The notes: generated by a model not told the origin, from the letters alone. A stretch of DNA of 62,734 nucleotides, filler included, from Nemertoderma westbladi (GCA_032718475.1; 4 parts of 4 records of this genome joined end to end with filler, not necessarily neighbours in it), one strand, 5' to 3'. Positions 50,905 to 62,734 are shown, counted from the whole stretch's first letter. Numbers and translations are program-made.

Positions 50905-53900
50905 GACCAAACATCGAAGTCAGCCCTACAAGGAAAAAATATATGACCAGACTCTACCTACTGAAACCTACATGGGTCTTTAAACCTAAACCATTATTGG
51001 ATAATTACAACTGGATGCTGAAAGGGGAAAAGTCACCACCAAGTTAGTATAGATGTCAACTAAAGCCTTTCTCCAGGAAAGGAGACCTCGGTATACCAAC
51101 AAACTATCATGGGATCTGTCTGCTTGTGGTAGCTGCCAAATATACAGCAAAATGATTCTAAAAAAGGTTACAAGTTTTCCGCTATTGATAATAATCAACT
51201 AAGGAAGGTTGACGACTTCCAGTACCTGGGTCATGGATACTACTACTACTAGGTCGAGCGAACTCGGACAGTGGAAATGAGATCCTTCCAGGCTTCCCGA
51301 TTCTCCATAGTTGTCGCAATTTTGTTTCTCCCAAGTTCAGTATCCCTTTCAAGTTGATCTATATATGTTTTGGTCGGTCGTCCACGACTACGCCTTCCAT
51401 GAGTTGGTTGCCAGAGAGGTAGATATGGTATGACCTCGTCTTTACTTCGCCAGCTGTGCCCACTGAATCTTAATCTGCGTTCATGGAGGGTGTTTGATAC
51501 AGGTGGTATTGTACCATAAAGCTCGGCGTTTGTCATGTGTTGTCTCCAGCTGATGTTTAGGGCTGCCCTTAGTAGTCTTGTGTAGCAACCATCAATTCGT
51601 TGTTCAAGTGATTTAGTCAGTGTCCAGGTCTCACCCCCGTATAAAAATACACTTTCCACTATGGCTCGAAAGAAGTTAGTCTTCAGGTGCCTGGAGAGAT
51701 CTGATTTCCAGATGTTATCCATTTTTGATAGAGCTACCCAAGCCTTTGCTTTCCTAACTTCTATGTCCTTTTTGCTACTCTCTATCCATGATCCAAGGTA
51801 CTGGAAGTCATCGACCTTCCTTAGTTTAATATTATCAATGGTTGCCAAGTTTCCATCAACATTAAAGGTCATGAATTCGGTCTTTGTAGCATTTATATGC
51901 AATCCAACCTCCTTAGCAGCCCTCTCCACTTTATTTAGTAGAAGCTGTGCATCTGCTAGCGTAGATAGATAGATAGATTTATTTATACATTATGTAAAAA
52001 CAATAACAAATACACCAAACAATGTACCGGTATAAAGGTATTGTCCAACATAACATATATGATTACCCCTAAAGCTTTGCAGCTTATTTCCAAGGGGGTC
52101 CTTTATGTTACTTGGTTACAAATACAATATTACACTACGCTAACCTAAAACCAATATAAAACGTAATTACACTATGTACATGTACAACTTTACCAAGAGC
52201 GTGACAATGCCCGACTCAACGATAAAGATGTAATGTACAGAACAATTTATTATAAAACGTAATTACAGTATAAGTAGTAAATAAATAATAAACTAATAAC
52301 TTACTGTAGGACTATTGTACCTATTTTTACATTGCACACGGAGGTGAGATTTAACTGCAGATTTAAAAGAATGTTGATTATCTAGGTTTTTAATTTCATT
52401 AGGCAGAGCGTTCCAATTTTTAATGCCGTTAAAAAAGAAAGTATCAGATTCGAAGGATTTACAATTCGGGAGGTAGAAGTTTGAAGCACTAGCTCTGGTA
52501 CTGTAAGAGTGTGTATCGCGTACTCTGTTGAATTTTTGTTTTAGGTAATTGGGACATTTACCATTATACACTTTATGCACATGGTTAATCTAAGTTAAGT
52601 AGTCCAGATTCGGAAAAGTCATCTGGAGTTAAGTGGTGCCTAGGTTTGTAGTCTTTAATAAATCGTACTACTTTATTCTGACCTACTTGTAATTTACATT
52701 TAAGCTGTTTGGTTAAGCCTTCATACCAAGAAGGGCACGCATAGTCCATGTGACACTGTATTAAAGTATGACACTATATATGTTATGGCCGGTCGTCCAC
52801 GACTACGCTTTCCATGAGTTGGTTGCCAGAAAAGTAGATCTGGTATGACGTCGACTTTACTTCGCCAGCAGTGCCCACTAAGTCTTAATCACGGAGGGTG
52901 GTTGATACAGGTGGTATTGTACCATAAAGCTCGGCGTTTGTCATGTGTTGTCTCCAGCTGATATTTAGGGCTGCCCTTAGTAGTCTTGTGTAGCAACCAT
53001 CAATTCGTTGTTCAAGTGATTTAGTCAGTGTCCAGGTCTCTCCCCCGTATAAAAATACACTTTCAACTGTGGCTCGAAAGAACTTAGTCTTCAGGTGCCT
53101 GGAGAGATCTGATATCCAGATGGTATCCATTTTTGATAGAGCTACCCAAGCCTTTGCTTTCCTAACTTCTATGTCCTTTTTGCTACTCTCTATCCATGAT
53201 CCAAGGTACTGGAAGTCATCGACCTTCCTTAGTTGATTATTATCAATGGTTGTCATGTTTCCATCCACAATAAAGATCATGAATTTGGTCTTGGTAGCAT
53301 TGATATGCAATCCAACCTCCTTAGCAGCTCTCTCCACTATATTTAGTAGAAGTTGTGCATCTGCTAGCGTATTAGAGAGCAGGGCGATGTCATCCGCAAA
53401 GTCGGTGTCTGTTACTGTAGTTGCCGGACATCTACTACTTCTGCGTTCTTGAAGTGTGAATCCCAGATCTTCACCATTTGTGGCCGTCCTCATTGCGTAA
53501 TCCAGCACAATTACAAATAGTAATGGTGCTAATGTGTCACCTTGCAGTACACCAGCCAGGATTGAGAAAAACTCAGTTTCACAATCTGGTGAGAGTACCT
53601 GCGCTTCTGTGTCACAATATAACAATCCAATGCCAGCAACAATTACATCTGGTATTCCATAAGCTCTTAGGATTTCAAGCATTTTACCTATATGGATGGA
53701 GTCGAATGCCTTCTTGAAGTCCACAAAAGTCATGACTGCGGGGAGATTCTTTGACTTAATTCCTTCAATCAGTCTCCGTAGTACAAGTATCTGAGCTATT
53801 GTTGATCTACTTGGTGGAAATCCGTTTTGGCTCTTACGCCGTAGAGCGTACGCAGTAGATCCACGCAGGTCATGGGTAGAGAACAGCAAAAAAGATATAG

Positions 53901-54173
53901 ATGTTAGGAAAGCAAAGGTATGTGTAGCTCTACCTGAAATGGATACTATGGCACTGCTGGAAAAATAAATATGAGGTTATACCAGAAGATTTACTTTTCT
54001 GGAAACCACAACTCCTGGAATGCGGAGTCGTGGACGACCGGCCATAACATATATAGATCAACTTGAAAGGGATACTGAACTTGAGAGAAACGAAATTGCG
54101 ACAACTATGGAGAATCGGGAAGCCTGGAAGGATCTCATTTCCACTGTCCGAGTTCGCTCGACTTAGTAGTAGT
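50905..54173. mobile_element. Nested RTE-clade LINE cluster: an old + strand copy (50905-51239 and 53868-54173) split by minus-strand copies (51240-51961 and 52775-53838)
   Basis: RT motifs FVDFKKAFDSI, GVLQGDTLAP and DFADD in 52885-53889; + strand remnants PNIEVSPTRK, KGDLG, RKVDDFQYLG continue at 53868; (TAG)n tails at 51240 and 54165. Confidence 0.92.
51962..52767 (-). mobile_element. 5'-truncated 3' end of the CR1/L2-type LINE family seen at 7900-10475
   Basis: tacagtgtcacatggactatgcgtgc.cttcttggtatgaaggcttaacc matches 10428-10477; C-terminal ORF 52293-52580 (HSYSTR...FFFNGIKNWNALP); tail aataaa(tcta)n at 51962-51984. Confidence 0.88.
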
Positions 54174-54643
54174 GGTACAAACGCACCAAACCACAAAAAT
54201 CCAAAAAAATTGTTTGCTAATCCATTCAGAAAGATTTTACTGCGTTTGTTACGGAAACATTTTATGTACTATAATAATTATAATGATATTATATTGATGT
54301 TGTTTTCTTCAGATGAAAACTGATACTCACAATAATAATATAAAATACTGTGGACTGAATTTGATTAAGCACTAAATATACAGTAAAACAAACAGCAATA
54401 ATTTTTAAATCAAAATCGGGTATCTATATTCATATGAAATTTGAGATAATCTATTGTTGCTTTAAATAATCTATAACAGTGACGAATTTTAGATTCTATT
54501 TCTAACCGAAATAATTGATCATTTATTATTTTCTAAACTATAATGATATCCAGTTCCTTAGTTATAAGATATAATTTCCAGAATAAGTTTAGTTTTTTGG
54601 TTGTGTATATCTCTATCAATTCGATTGGTTCTCCTTCAGACTC

Positions 54644-57600
54644 TTAGCAGACGAATCGTTCTCTGTAAACTTCGTTTCCACGGTCGTCTATGATGATGTT
54701 GGATATGTCGTTGCCGTGTTCCCAGGAGTCGATACGGCTGTGAACGAGTTGGAACGGAGGGTCATTGCGTCGACCTTCGGCTCGTCCGGCCCAGATCTAT
54801 TGAAACAATTAAGGGAAATAGATAAGGAATGTCTGATAACTTATTTAGGAATCTTAATAGATTGGAATAAAATGATACACATTGTGGTGACTAAGGTCAT
54901 CAAGATGAACATTGTCCAACTAATGTTGCAATTATGTTTGGGGGTTCAACAATTAAATTTAATTTAATTTAACACCATTAAGGATAATGATCAGGTTATA
55001 AGTGTCGGTGTTTTCTAACCGAAACAATTAACAAAACTTGTATTCTTAAATTGTAACTTTTTCGTTCGAATATACCCTAAGAATTGAGAGAAAAGGAGTA
55101 CTTTCCCTAGGGAAAAGAGTAACCAATAAGATTGCATTTATTTAACTTTTTCCCGGCGAAAAAAGTAAATTAAAATATTTTTGGCGGATTTTCTTAAGTT
55201 TTATTACATGTGTTGAAAGGATATTGGATTTCCCAAATATTGGGTATTGTATTCCGTTCTGGAGTTAGCCTACGCCTTGCAGACACTAAGGTCGGAATCA
55301 CTTTAGAGGGTGTGAATTGATTTTTCTCAAGTAATTTTCAAACCTTTTCGTTGATTGGATTAGAAAAGTTTTGAAAATAACTTGAGAAAAATCCATTCAC
55401 ACACTCAAAAGTGATTCCGACCTTAGTGTCTGCAAGGCGTAGGCTAACTCCAGAACGGAACTCAGTACCCAATATTTGGTTTTTATGTTGTTAAGCGGCT
55501 CTATAGTTACGTAACGTAATACATATTCGAGAACACTAAATTATTTTAACATTGAGTAACGCAGCATCAGGAGTGTAATTTGCCTCGCAGTAACTATGGA
55601 AGCATAATAATTGTGGTAAAATATTGCAGTTAAATTTATTTTGTAATAATATATCACTCTATCTTTTATTAAAGAATTGAGACACAAAAAGTACTAATTT
55701 AATAATAAAATTACGTATTACATGGGAAAAAAACACATAGAACAATTTTTCGTTGTTCTCGAGGCATTTTATTACGGAGCGCTGCGCTAGCGAGGTTAAT
55801 AAAGGGTCGAAAGCATAACAAGAAAAGTGAAAAAATAACTATTTTCATACTTGTGTGTAAAGTAGCACTTTACAGTGTGATGATCCGATTGCTTTGTTTA
55901 CACGAACGATCGTAGTGAGTGAGTGAAAATAAAGCCACGAGGATCAGAACACTGTAAAGTACGTTGCAACAAGCATGTATGTAGTTTTATTCCAAAATTG
56001 TAACATTACGAAAAAAGTTAGCTTATATTTATGGTAGTGTTTGGAACCATGTTAATAGTTTATAGCTACTAGTTATTAATAGCTACCGGTAGGTATTGCA
56101 GTAGGCCTATCTGGCTGTCAGGCACTTAATAATAAATACAGCCTATTGTTTACGTGGTAACCAATGACGCTGTAACTTTACAGCTCGCCGTAATTGGTTA
56201 CCACATAAACAAGGGACATTACAACACCCATACAATACTAAATGTACAGGCCAATAAAATATTGTAATGTCCTCTATAGTTGTTAAAATGCTAAATAACA
56301 ACTCGCTGTTAATACTAACGGCGTTGAGTAATGTTACAATTTTGGAATAAAAACTTTTTCCCATGTAATAAATAATTAGATTTCATATACGACCTATTTT
56401 TCGCTGTAGATGGCTTTTTTTCAATTGCGGACACTGTCCCACACTATACTAGTTGCCTTAGTTTAAACTTACCGTAACTGTTTTTCTCGGGCCTAATTTG
56501 TAGTTGGGTGAGAAGGTGTATTCGGCGTCAGCGAGCCCGCGAATAGATCGACGCAACTTGTAGTTGCCCATACCAACGGCCTAGATTAAAGTGAAATAAA
56601 ATAGATTATTTACATTTAATAAAATTGGGTTAATAAAATTATTGTACAAACCAAATAGTTTATATCCCTTTATGATGCAATTAGTGGTAATTTTGCATTT
56701 TTAAGGATCACATTCCAATTAAAACGGCCGTATTATTTTATTCAGGTACTGAAAACGTCCTGAACTTGTAGATTCTTAAGCAAACCTTGACGGGGTTACC
56801 ATAGGAACAGCGTCAATGTGTTTCAACAAATCTAGAATAATCCCTCTGAAATATTTCCTGAATTTGGTTATACGGTTTATAATTAATTTTTCATTTAATT
56901 TCTATAAATTTCTAATAAAACGGTATTATTTCCAATTGAGTAACGACATTGAAGATGTTTTTGAGGGGCGATATTGCCATAGTTACTTTATATTGTTATA
57001 TTGCTGTCGGTGGTCACAAACACCCATATTAAACCCTAAAAATATTAATAAAACACATAACTTACTGATCCGGAATCGTTATAAATTTTGATATAGTTTC
57101 CGCCCCCGTCGCTCTCCGATATACTTAGGGAACCACTCGAAGAACTTTCGGTTGAATAATTTTGACCGCCGAACGAAACTCGTCCGCCTGAAGCCGAGGC
57201 GGAAAATGCGACGCTCGCTCTGTAGAATTGATACAATGGTTTAGTGAGTTTTATATACTGTAAGATGAGATTGTATGCAGTAATAATTGTGACTACGCTT
57301 AGTCGTGGTTTTACGAAAATTTTTATTTAAATAGACAATAAACTAAATCCAATAATAACATTTGTGATATTTATTAATATTATGTATTCTTAAGGGAAAA
57401 ACACAAAGTAAAAAATATTTTCACCACCTTTAGGATGTTGTGTTGTGGTGAAGCAGATTAGGTCTATGTAATAGCTAAAGACTTACCCACCGCCAACTCC
57501 GCCACCGCCACCGCCACCTCCGCCACCGCCACCTCCACCGCCACCTCCACCGCCACCTCCACCGCCACCTCCACCTCCACCGCCACCTATTCATGTAAAA

Positions 57601-58095
57601 TATATAGGTTAAAAATGTTTTCATTATCCTGCAATTGTATAAATTGATACAATCTTTAGATTACATTTAAGTATAAATTATTTAAAAATGTATAAAATAA
57701 ACTTAAATAGATTAAATAGTTTCAAATTTATCAGTTAAAACTGGGATTATGACAGGTACTAGGTAGACGGGTATAGCAGGACAGTAATTAATAGTTCTAA
57801 TGAGATCGGATGTAAAGTTAGTTTATTTACATTGAATAATAAGGTGATACATAAGGTTTAAATACAGACGAAATATGTTACATAAATGTAAATATTAGTA
57901 AATGTTAGGCTATATAAGTTGGTCAAACCTCCTCCGAGACCGAAACCGATCCCCCGTCCGCCACCGACATCTCTGCCGCCACCAGCTGCGGCTGCCGCTG
58001 CTAATCCAGCCGTAAGATCCCCACCAGAGTAAACAACCTTAGATGATTCGATATATTCGATTGTTGTTTCGCCTTTAGCAAGAATGTTATCAATT
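54644..58095 (-). CDS. Intermediate filament protein with lamin-tail domain, 3' exons: 58095-57929, 57586-57487, 57219-57066, 56580-56473, 54796-54644; rod exons lie outside the contig
   Basis: All junctions are GT-AG with matching phases (1, 2, 0, 0). Product ...IDNILAKGETTI...poly-G...SGSLSISESDGGGNYIKIYNDSGS|AVGMGNYKLRRSIRGLADAEYTFSPNYKLGPRKTVT|IWAGRAEGRRNDPPFQLVHSRIDSWEHGNDISNIIIDDRGNEVYRERFVC* is a clear lamin-tail domain. No NLS or CaaX is seen, so a cytoplasmic IF is more likely than a lamin. Confidence 0.9.
55233..55479. mobile_element. Near-perfect palindromic MITE, about 250 bp, in the last intron of the IF gene
   Basis: Arms of about 115 bp (ccaaatattgggta...ttccgttctggagttagcctacgccttgcagacactaaggtcggaatcacttt...cttttc) with a loop of about 12 nt. 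Confidence 0.9.
55716..56370. mobile_element. Nested MITEs: outer tattacatgggaaaaa/tttttcccatgtaata, inner 55985-56353
   Basis: Inner TIR ttttattccaaaattgtaacattac / gtaatgttacaattttggaataaaa; the outer element has internal palindromes. Confidence 0.75.
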
Positions 58096-58697
58096 CTATA
58101 TAAAATAAATATTAAATACATAGAAAGCGTATGAAAACTCTTCTTTGGAAAATGAAGTCATTGTCAACGAATATCTATTGGGTTTGACTTAAGACTGAAA
58201 CGAATAGTGTTTAATATAAATCTTCGCTAATAAAGGACTGAGAGAATATGGAACCAACCTTAAAAGAGCCGTCTAATTCTTTATATGAATTTTATGTTAT
58301 TTAAGCTTTTAGAACCCCAATAAGTTGACATAATGAAACATAATAACGTACTTCGTTGCATGGAAATGGAACTATTTGGAGTTTATGACCCGGCCCTCGT
58401 ATATTAATGTAAACCCCCATCGCTGCAAGTGTTACATTTCACACAATAATGTAAAATAATACTAGTATTAATTCTAACTAAACGAGGCTGTTAGAAGTAA
58501 AGTTTACTTCGGCCATTAGGCCAGGGATTACGCAGAAAGTCTGACGACTTATTTCCAGTGCGGCCCACCCATATCTATACTCCCCAGAGGAAACTCTAGT
58601 ACTCCTTTGTCTACCACTTTATGATGTAAGGCAGAGATGCGCCCTGGTAAGTCCCTTGAAAAGCATTCGTTCTGTTGTCTTAAAACCTTCTATCTCC

Positions 58698-59076
58698 CAG
58701 TGTTCCCAATTGGGAGCAGTTTTTTAATTCAACTGGAGGAAATATAATTTAGGCTTATATTACTTTTTTTAATGTTAATATGTTTAGGAAGAGTGGAATA
58801 TTGTTTTTAATTTTCAAATTCAAGTGTTTTCAAACTAGAAATTGGCCTTTTGGCATGCAAAATTATGCGAATTCCCATTTTTTTCGATTTTTGGGACATG
58901 CAAACAATATTGGTTTAAAACGTTACAAATTTAATATTCCAAACCAGTAGTGGCGACATTAAAATTAGCTTTTTAAATCATATGACATTATTATTTGAAA
59001 AAAAAAATTCAGAAAAACGACTTTCTTGTGCCAAATTACTCCCTTTAAAAATTGATGATCCCATTTGGGAACACTA
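58698..59076. mobile_element. Probable hAT-like MITE
   Basis: TIR cagtgttcccaattggga / tcccatttgggaacacta, with further tttgggaac motifs up to about 59545. No TSD seen. Confidence 0.5.
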
Positions 59077-60204
59077 GTGAGAAAATAGAATATCAAAAAT
59101 TAGAAAATAATTTTACTCGATTTATTACTCTAAAAAAATCATTTAAAATTACATAACGTATATGTAGGGAGGCCCTATTTGTTCCTGCTGTATCAAAAAC
59201 GACCAGCTATTGTCACATTTGGGAACGCTATATGGGAACGTATTTCTGCTGTAAAGCAATATAGTCAAATTGAACCAAATACTGTTTGACTATTGATGTA
59301 GGTAGGACGAATGCAATATGTATAGCTGAAATAAACCTTACTATGAAATTTTTTGGTCTATTTGGGAACAATTTTTGGTGTATAGGCTCGGCTCGGGACG
59401 CTAGAATAGGTCTAATTGAGCGCAGTAGGGCGGATGGCTCGGATCTGGACTCGAAAATATATCTAATGGAGTGCTGTTGGGCTTGTTGGATCGGCTCGGG
59501 ATGCGAAAATAAATCTAAGGCAGCACAGTGGTTCCCAAATGGGACTGACCTGGTTCTTAATAGTAAAATATAATTTCAACCAAAGCAACTCCCTAAGTTG
59601 TTTACTAAATCATATTAAAAAAAATCCGTCACCATCGTTTACTAATTCAAATCACCCAAAAAACAAAATTGTATAAAAGTCTATAAAATTGGAGTCTGTT
59701 TGTGGTTTTCAATGCTTTGAGACACTACTTTTTATTTTTTTTATTATATAAATTATATTGGATTTGCAGTTTGCAGTTTGCAATTGGAATGGGAACAGGT
59801 CTTTTTTTAGAAATCTAATAGGCGCAATGAAATTTTTTTTTTTTTGCAAAGTTTAAGTTGACTCGATTTGGAACGGTTTTAAAAATTTTAACGAATTGGC
59901 TCAGATTTAAAGAGGGTTGGGAAATAGAAGGTTAAGTATTAAGTTCTGAAGTATTCGTTCTATTCCCTTTGTCGTCCGTTCCGGAAAAATTGTTCTGGCC
60001 CCCAGGCGGGGATCGAACCCAAGACCTCCAGATATATGTGAATTCAATGTAACAACTACATCAAGATGGAACTTTGTTATGAAATACCTCACAAATATAT
60101 TTCTTCCTGATTTCTGAATATAAAATATTCGCGATGCGAATTATGAATTTTTTAGTTTGTTGTATCGCATTGTCAGTTTGTAATAATCTATTATTACTAA
60201 TTAA

Positions 60205-61753
60205 TCAATAACGGTCAGACCTCCCCATTTCCCCGTGAGACCTCAAACTCTTGATCCTAACAGTATCACAGATCCTCCCGAATTATACTCACTGTTCAAG
60301 GATTTGGTGTTACCCGAGCAGCTAATCGGTGGTGCTCCGGCGGTAGGTTCGTTAGATATTCGACCATCCTATTTAACCGGATTGGGACGCGGACATCTAA
60401 TCTCGCCTTTTAATCCTTACAACCGGCCAGGATTAACGCCGATACAACCTGCCACGGAAGTCGAGGAGAGTGTCATTAGAAACGCTCTAGACGCCATCCG
60501 ACAGAAAATCGGAAAGGGAACCCAGGATTTTCTAGAGAAACGTAAATTACAGCAGCAGGTCCAATCGGTAAAAGAGCTAGCCTTGCCGCAGTTTGATAGA
60601 GAAATCCAAAACCTCGAAGAGGACATCGAGCTTGGACGTACGTATTCTCTACAGGAGTTTCTGGAAGAACGCTTGCAGAAACAAGCGGAGGAGAATCAAC
60701 TGGAGGAGAGGCATACGGAAATGGATGAGAGGGAAGAAGCCGCTTTAGCCCAACCCGAAACTCAGATACTCATAACCGATCTCTACTCTAAAACCGTCCG
60801 TCATCCCTCGATGGTTCCGCATTTCGGAGATAAACTTTTCGCAAAGATACAACCCCAACCGGTTGATATCAGCATAAGATCGCAAAATCTTATCGCTGAC
60901 GCTCCTATGTTACAGCGTCCGCCAATCGAGGCCGCTCGAGTTGACGGTATACTCGTTGAACCTCCGGACAATCGAGCGGATCTTGTCCGTCGTATGGTAC
61001 ACGATGTCAACATACGCGCTAGACCTTTACAGAACTCTTTTTATGGAATTAAAGATCACCCTTATTACGTTATATCAGAGCTTGGGAAGCGAACGCTGAT
61101 TTACATTGTGATTCACGCCATCGCTATTATCCTGGACGCGCCTACGAAGGAGTTTATGCGTTCCATCCATATTTGTTTGCCTCCGTCGAGCAAAATCGCG
61201 CCTATCAAGTTATGAACTATTGAAGCGCGTTGGAGAATGTATTTCAACCAAATATGTACGCAAATTTCTCAGGAGCATTAATCCGAGTGACATCCAGTCT
61301 TACAACTTAATAAACTTTATCCGTCAAGACCCTGCCTATGGAGACTTATTCGTCAACTCACACCCTGAGTTACAAGAAGTATATCGACGGCCTTACGAGT
61401 ATCGAGCCCGCGAACGCGAGTTAGAAAGAACCATTAAACCAAGGAAGTTTCTAACTGCCTATGGTCCACCCACGGCCCTCGTTCAGACCACTCGTAAAGG
61501 ACCCGTAAGAGCGGCTGTCTTGAAACGAGCTCTCAAAGCCGTTAGACCCCTCTCCCCGGACGTTGATGTCAATCAACCCGGTACTTCGACCGGCGGATAT
61601 ACCGATCGCAATCCCATACCTTCTGATGCAATCATATTGCACCCTTCACCCAGGAGTTATAGCCCTCCTAGTAAAGTGGCTCGCCCCAAAGAGAAAAGGA
61701 CTCTTGCTAGCTTCAAAAAACTGCGTAAACGCCGTCCGCGCAAGAAAGACTAA
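60205..61753 (+). pseudogene. Intronless reading frame of about 500 codons, 5'-truncated, with one frameshift (ORFs 60235-61215 and 61220-61753); virus-like protein of unknown family
   Basis: Coding-like, CpG-rich island in AT-rich DNA with no ATG at the 5' boundary. The second frame is open from about 61111 (FTPSLLSWTRLRRSLCVPSIFVCLRRAKSRLSSYELLKR...) and overlaps the first. Glu/Gln coiled coil, QPGTS motif and basic tail KKLRKRRPRKKD. Confidence 0.55.
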
Positions 61754-61830
61754 CTGTTTAGAGTATTTTTGTATTTTAGAAACTGTGATTTTGTATATTT
61801 TATAGACTTAAATCCCATTTTCTGGGAGCG

Positions 61831-61881
61831 GTGTAAAAGCTTTTGTGGGATAACTGATACGTTTGCCTTTGCTGGCCAGTT
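61831..61881. repeat. 51-bp exact inverted copy of the contig start (50366-50416)
   Basis: gtgtaaaagcttttgtgggataactgatacgtttgcctttgctggccagtt is the reverse complement of aactggccagcaaaggcaaacgtatcagttatcccacaaaagcttttacac. Confidence 0.95.
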
Positions 61882-62734
61882 CCCCCCCAGGCGCTGGAAT
61901 ACTCTAAAAAAGGTTTTCTAACTGTATATATATTCCCCTCGCCCGCAAGGTACCTTTACAGGTGTTTTAACGGACATAAAAATCATTCTGCTATATACGT
62001 GTTTTAGCGGACATGGTAAGACAAAAAACTTGTAATGCACCAACCACCTTTCACAGCTTAGCCGTGATGATTCATATTACGACATCTAGCAGCTGGTTGC
62101 TGACATGGAAACAGCCATTGGCCGCGTGGTTCTTTGTTTGGCTTGGGCCAATCAGGGCGGTTTTTCCTGTCGACGTGTAGCTTTCCTGCCGATCATAAGG
62201 AGAGTGTTCAGTCTTACTGTTTTTTCTTGATACTTTGTTGTTATTGCTGTCTAAGCCAGAAACACCGGCATTTTTGGATAGATACTGCTGTACCGTAAAC
62301 TGCTTGAATTATCGAAAGTATAAACTGTTACCTAACTAACTAACTAACTAATCAATATCACTCTAACTCATTAATCATATTGTTTGTACTGTTATTTTAC
62401 CGTCAGTTATTAATTGTAAATATTTGTTGATGGAAATATTGCTATTTGGATAATACGGATAAATCACCCAATTCCCAATTTTCTTGATAACACTACAGGT
62501 TAGAGAGACCGGCTATACATAACAATTGCGATTTATATTAATGTGGTGTGTATTGAATCCAATGTTATTTAGCAGACCCTACGTGAGTCAATTACTGCTC
62601 TCTTTATGTGTGATCAAATGTACTGACTGTCGGCAGAATAGTGTGTATGATTGTGATTGGTAACAAAGTATTTCCTAAAGAATACGTTTTATACTTTAAT
62701 CATAAGCAGTATCGTTGCGTTTAGTATAAGTCTT

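Noticed and set aside
54644-54796. Calling the IF gene a nuclear lamin
   Set aside because: It ends RFVC-stop rather than CaaX, and no basic NLS lies between the rod end and the tail domain.
56830-57065. Apparent 30-nt intron followed by a frame with many TAA codons, hinting at TAA=Gln
   Set aside because: Splicing 57066 directly to 56580 gives a clean lamin-tail domain under the standard code, and that gene ends in TAA; the stretch is AT-rich intron.
50366-61881. A single 11.5-kb TIR transposon or linear virus bounded by the 51-bp inverted repeat
   Set aside because: The interior is mostly a host gene's 3' exons and old LINEs, with no transposase or polymerase; two separate repeat copies are simpler. 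Kept only as a low-level finding.

Overview
AT-rich, repeat-rich genomic DNA of an invertebrate bilaterian animal, not a prokaryote. The window is four contigs joined by artificial 100-bp linkers (44 N + TTAATTAATTAA + 44 N at 10489-10588, 23636-23735, 50266-50365), so adjacency across a linker carries no information. Three host genes were read by manual splicing: (1) a complete two-coding-exon Turtle/IGSF9-family receptor (4 Ig + 2 FN3 + TM; 15243-16779 joined to 19129-21002, +); (2) two internal exons of a glycine-receptor/GluCl-type Cys-loop channel (31529-31611, 41226-41360, +); (3) five 3' exons of an intermediate-filament gene with a lamin-tail domain and a poly-Gly exon (54644-58095, -). 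The rest is LINEs (CR1/L2-type and RTE-type), tRNA-derived SINEs, MITEs, Helentron-like elements and five long minisatellites, which produce most of the long ORFs in the track. Two signals stand out. (a) In two unrelated membrane-receptor genes the exon end plus its 5' splice site has itself become the unit of a tandem array (about 69 x 32 bp and 6 x 40 bp), each with an in-frame stop in the first unit. (b) Three contigs carry intronless virus-like ORFs; one has a PC4-like ssDNA-binding domain beside a perfect 31-bp hairpin and a Polinton-like AGTAGT end, suggesting relics of an endogenous Polinton/adintovirus-like element. All family assignments come from motif recognition by eye; no database search was run.
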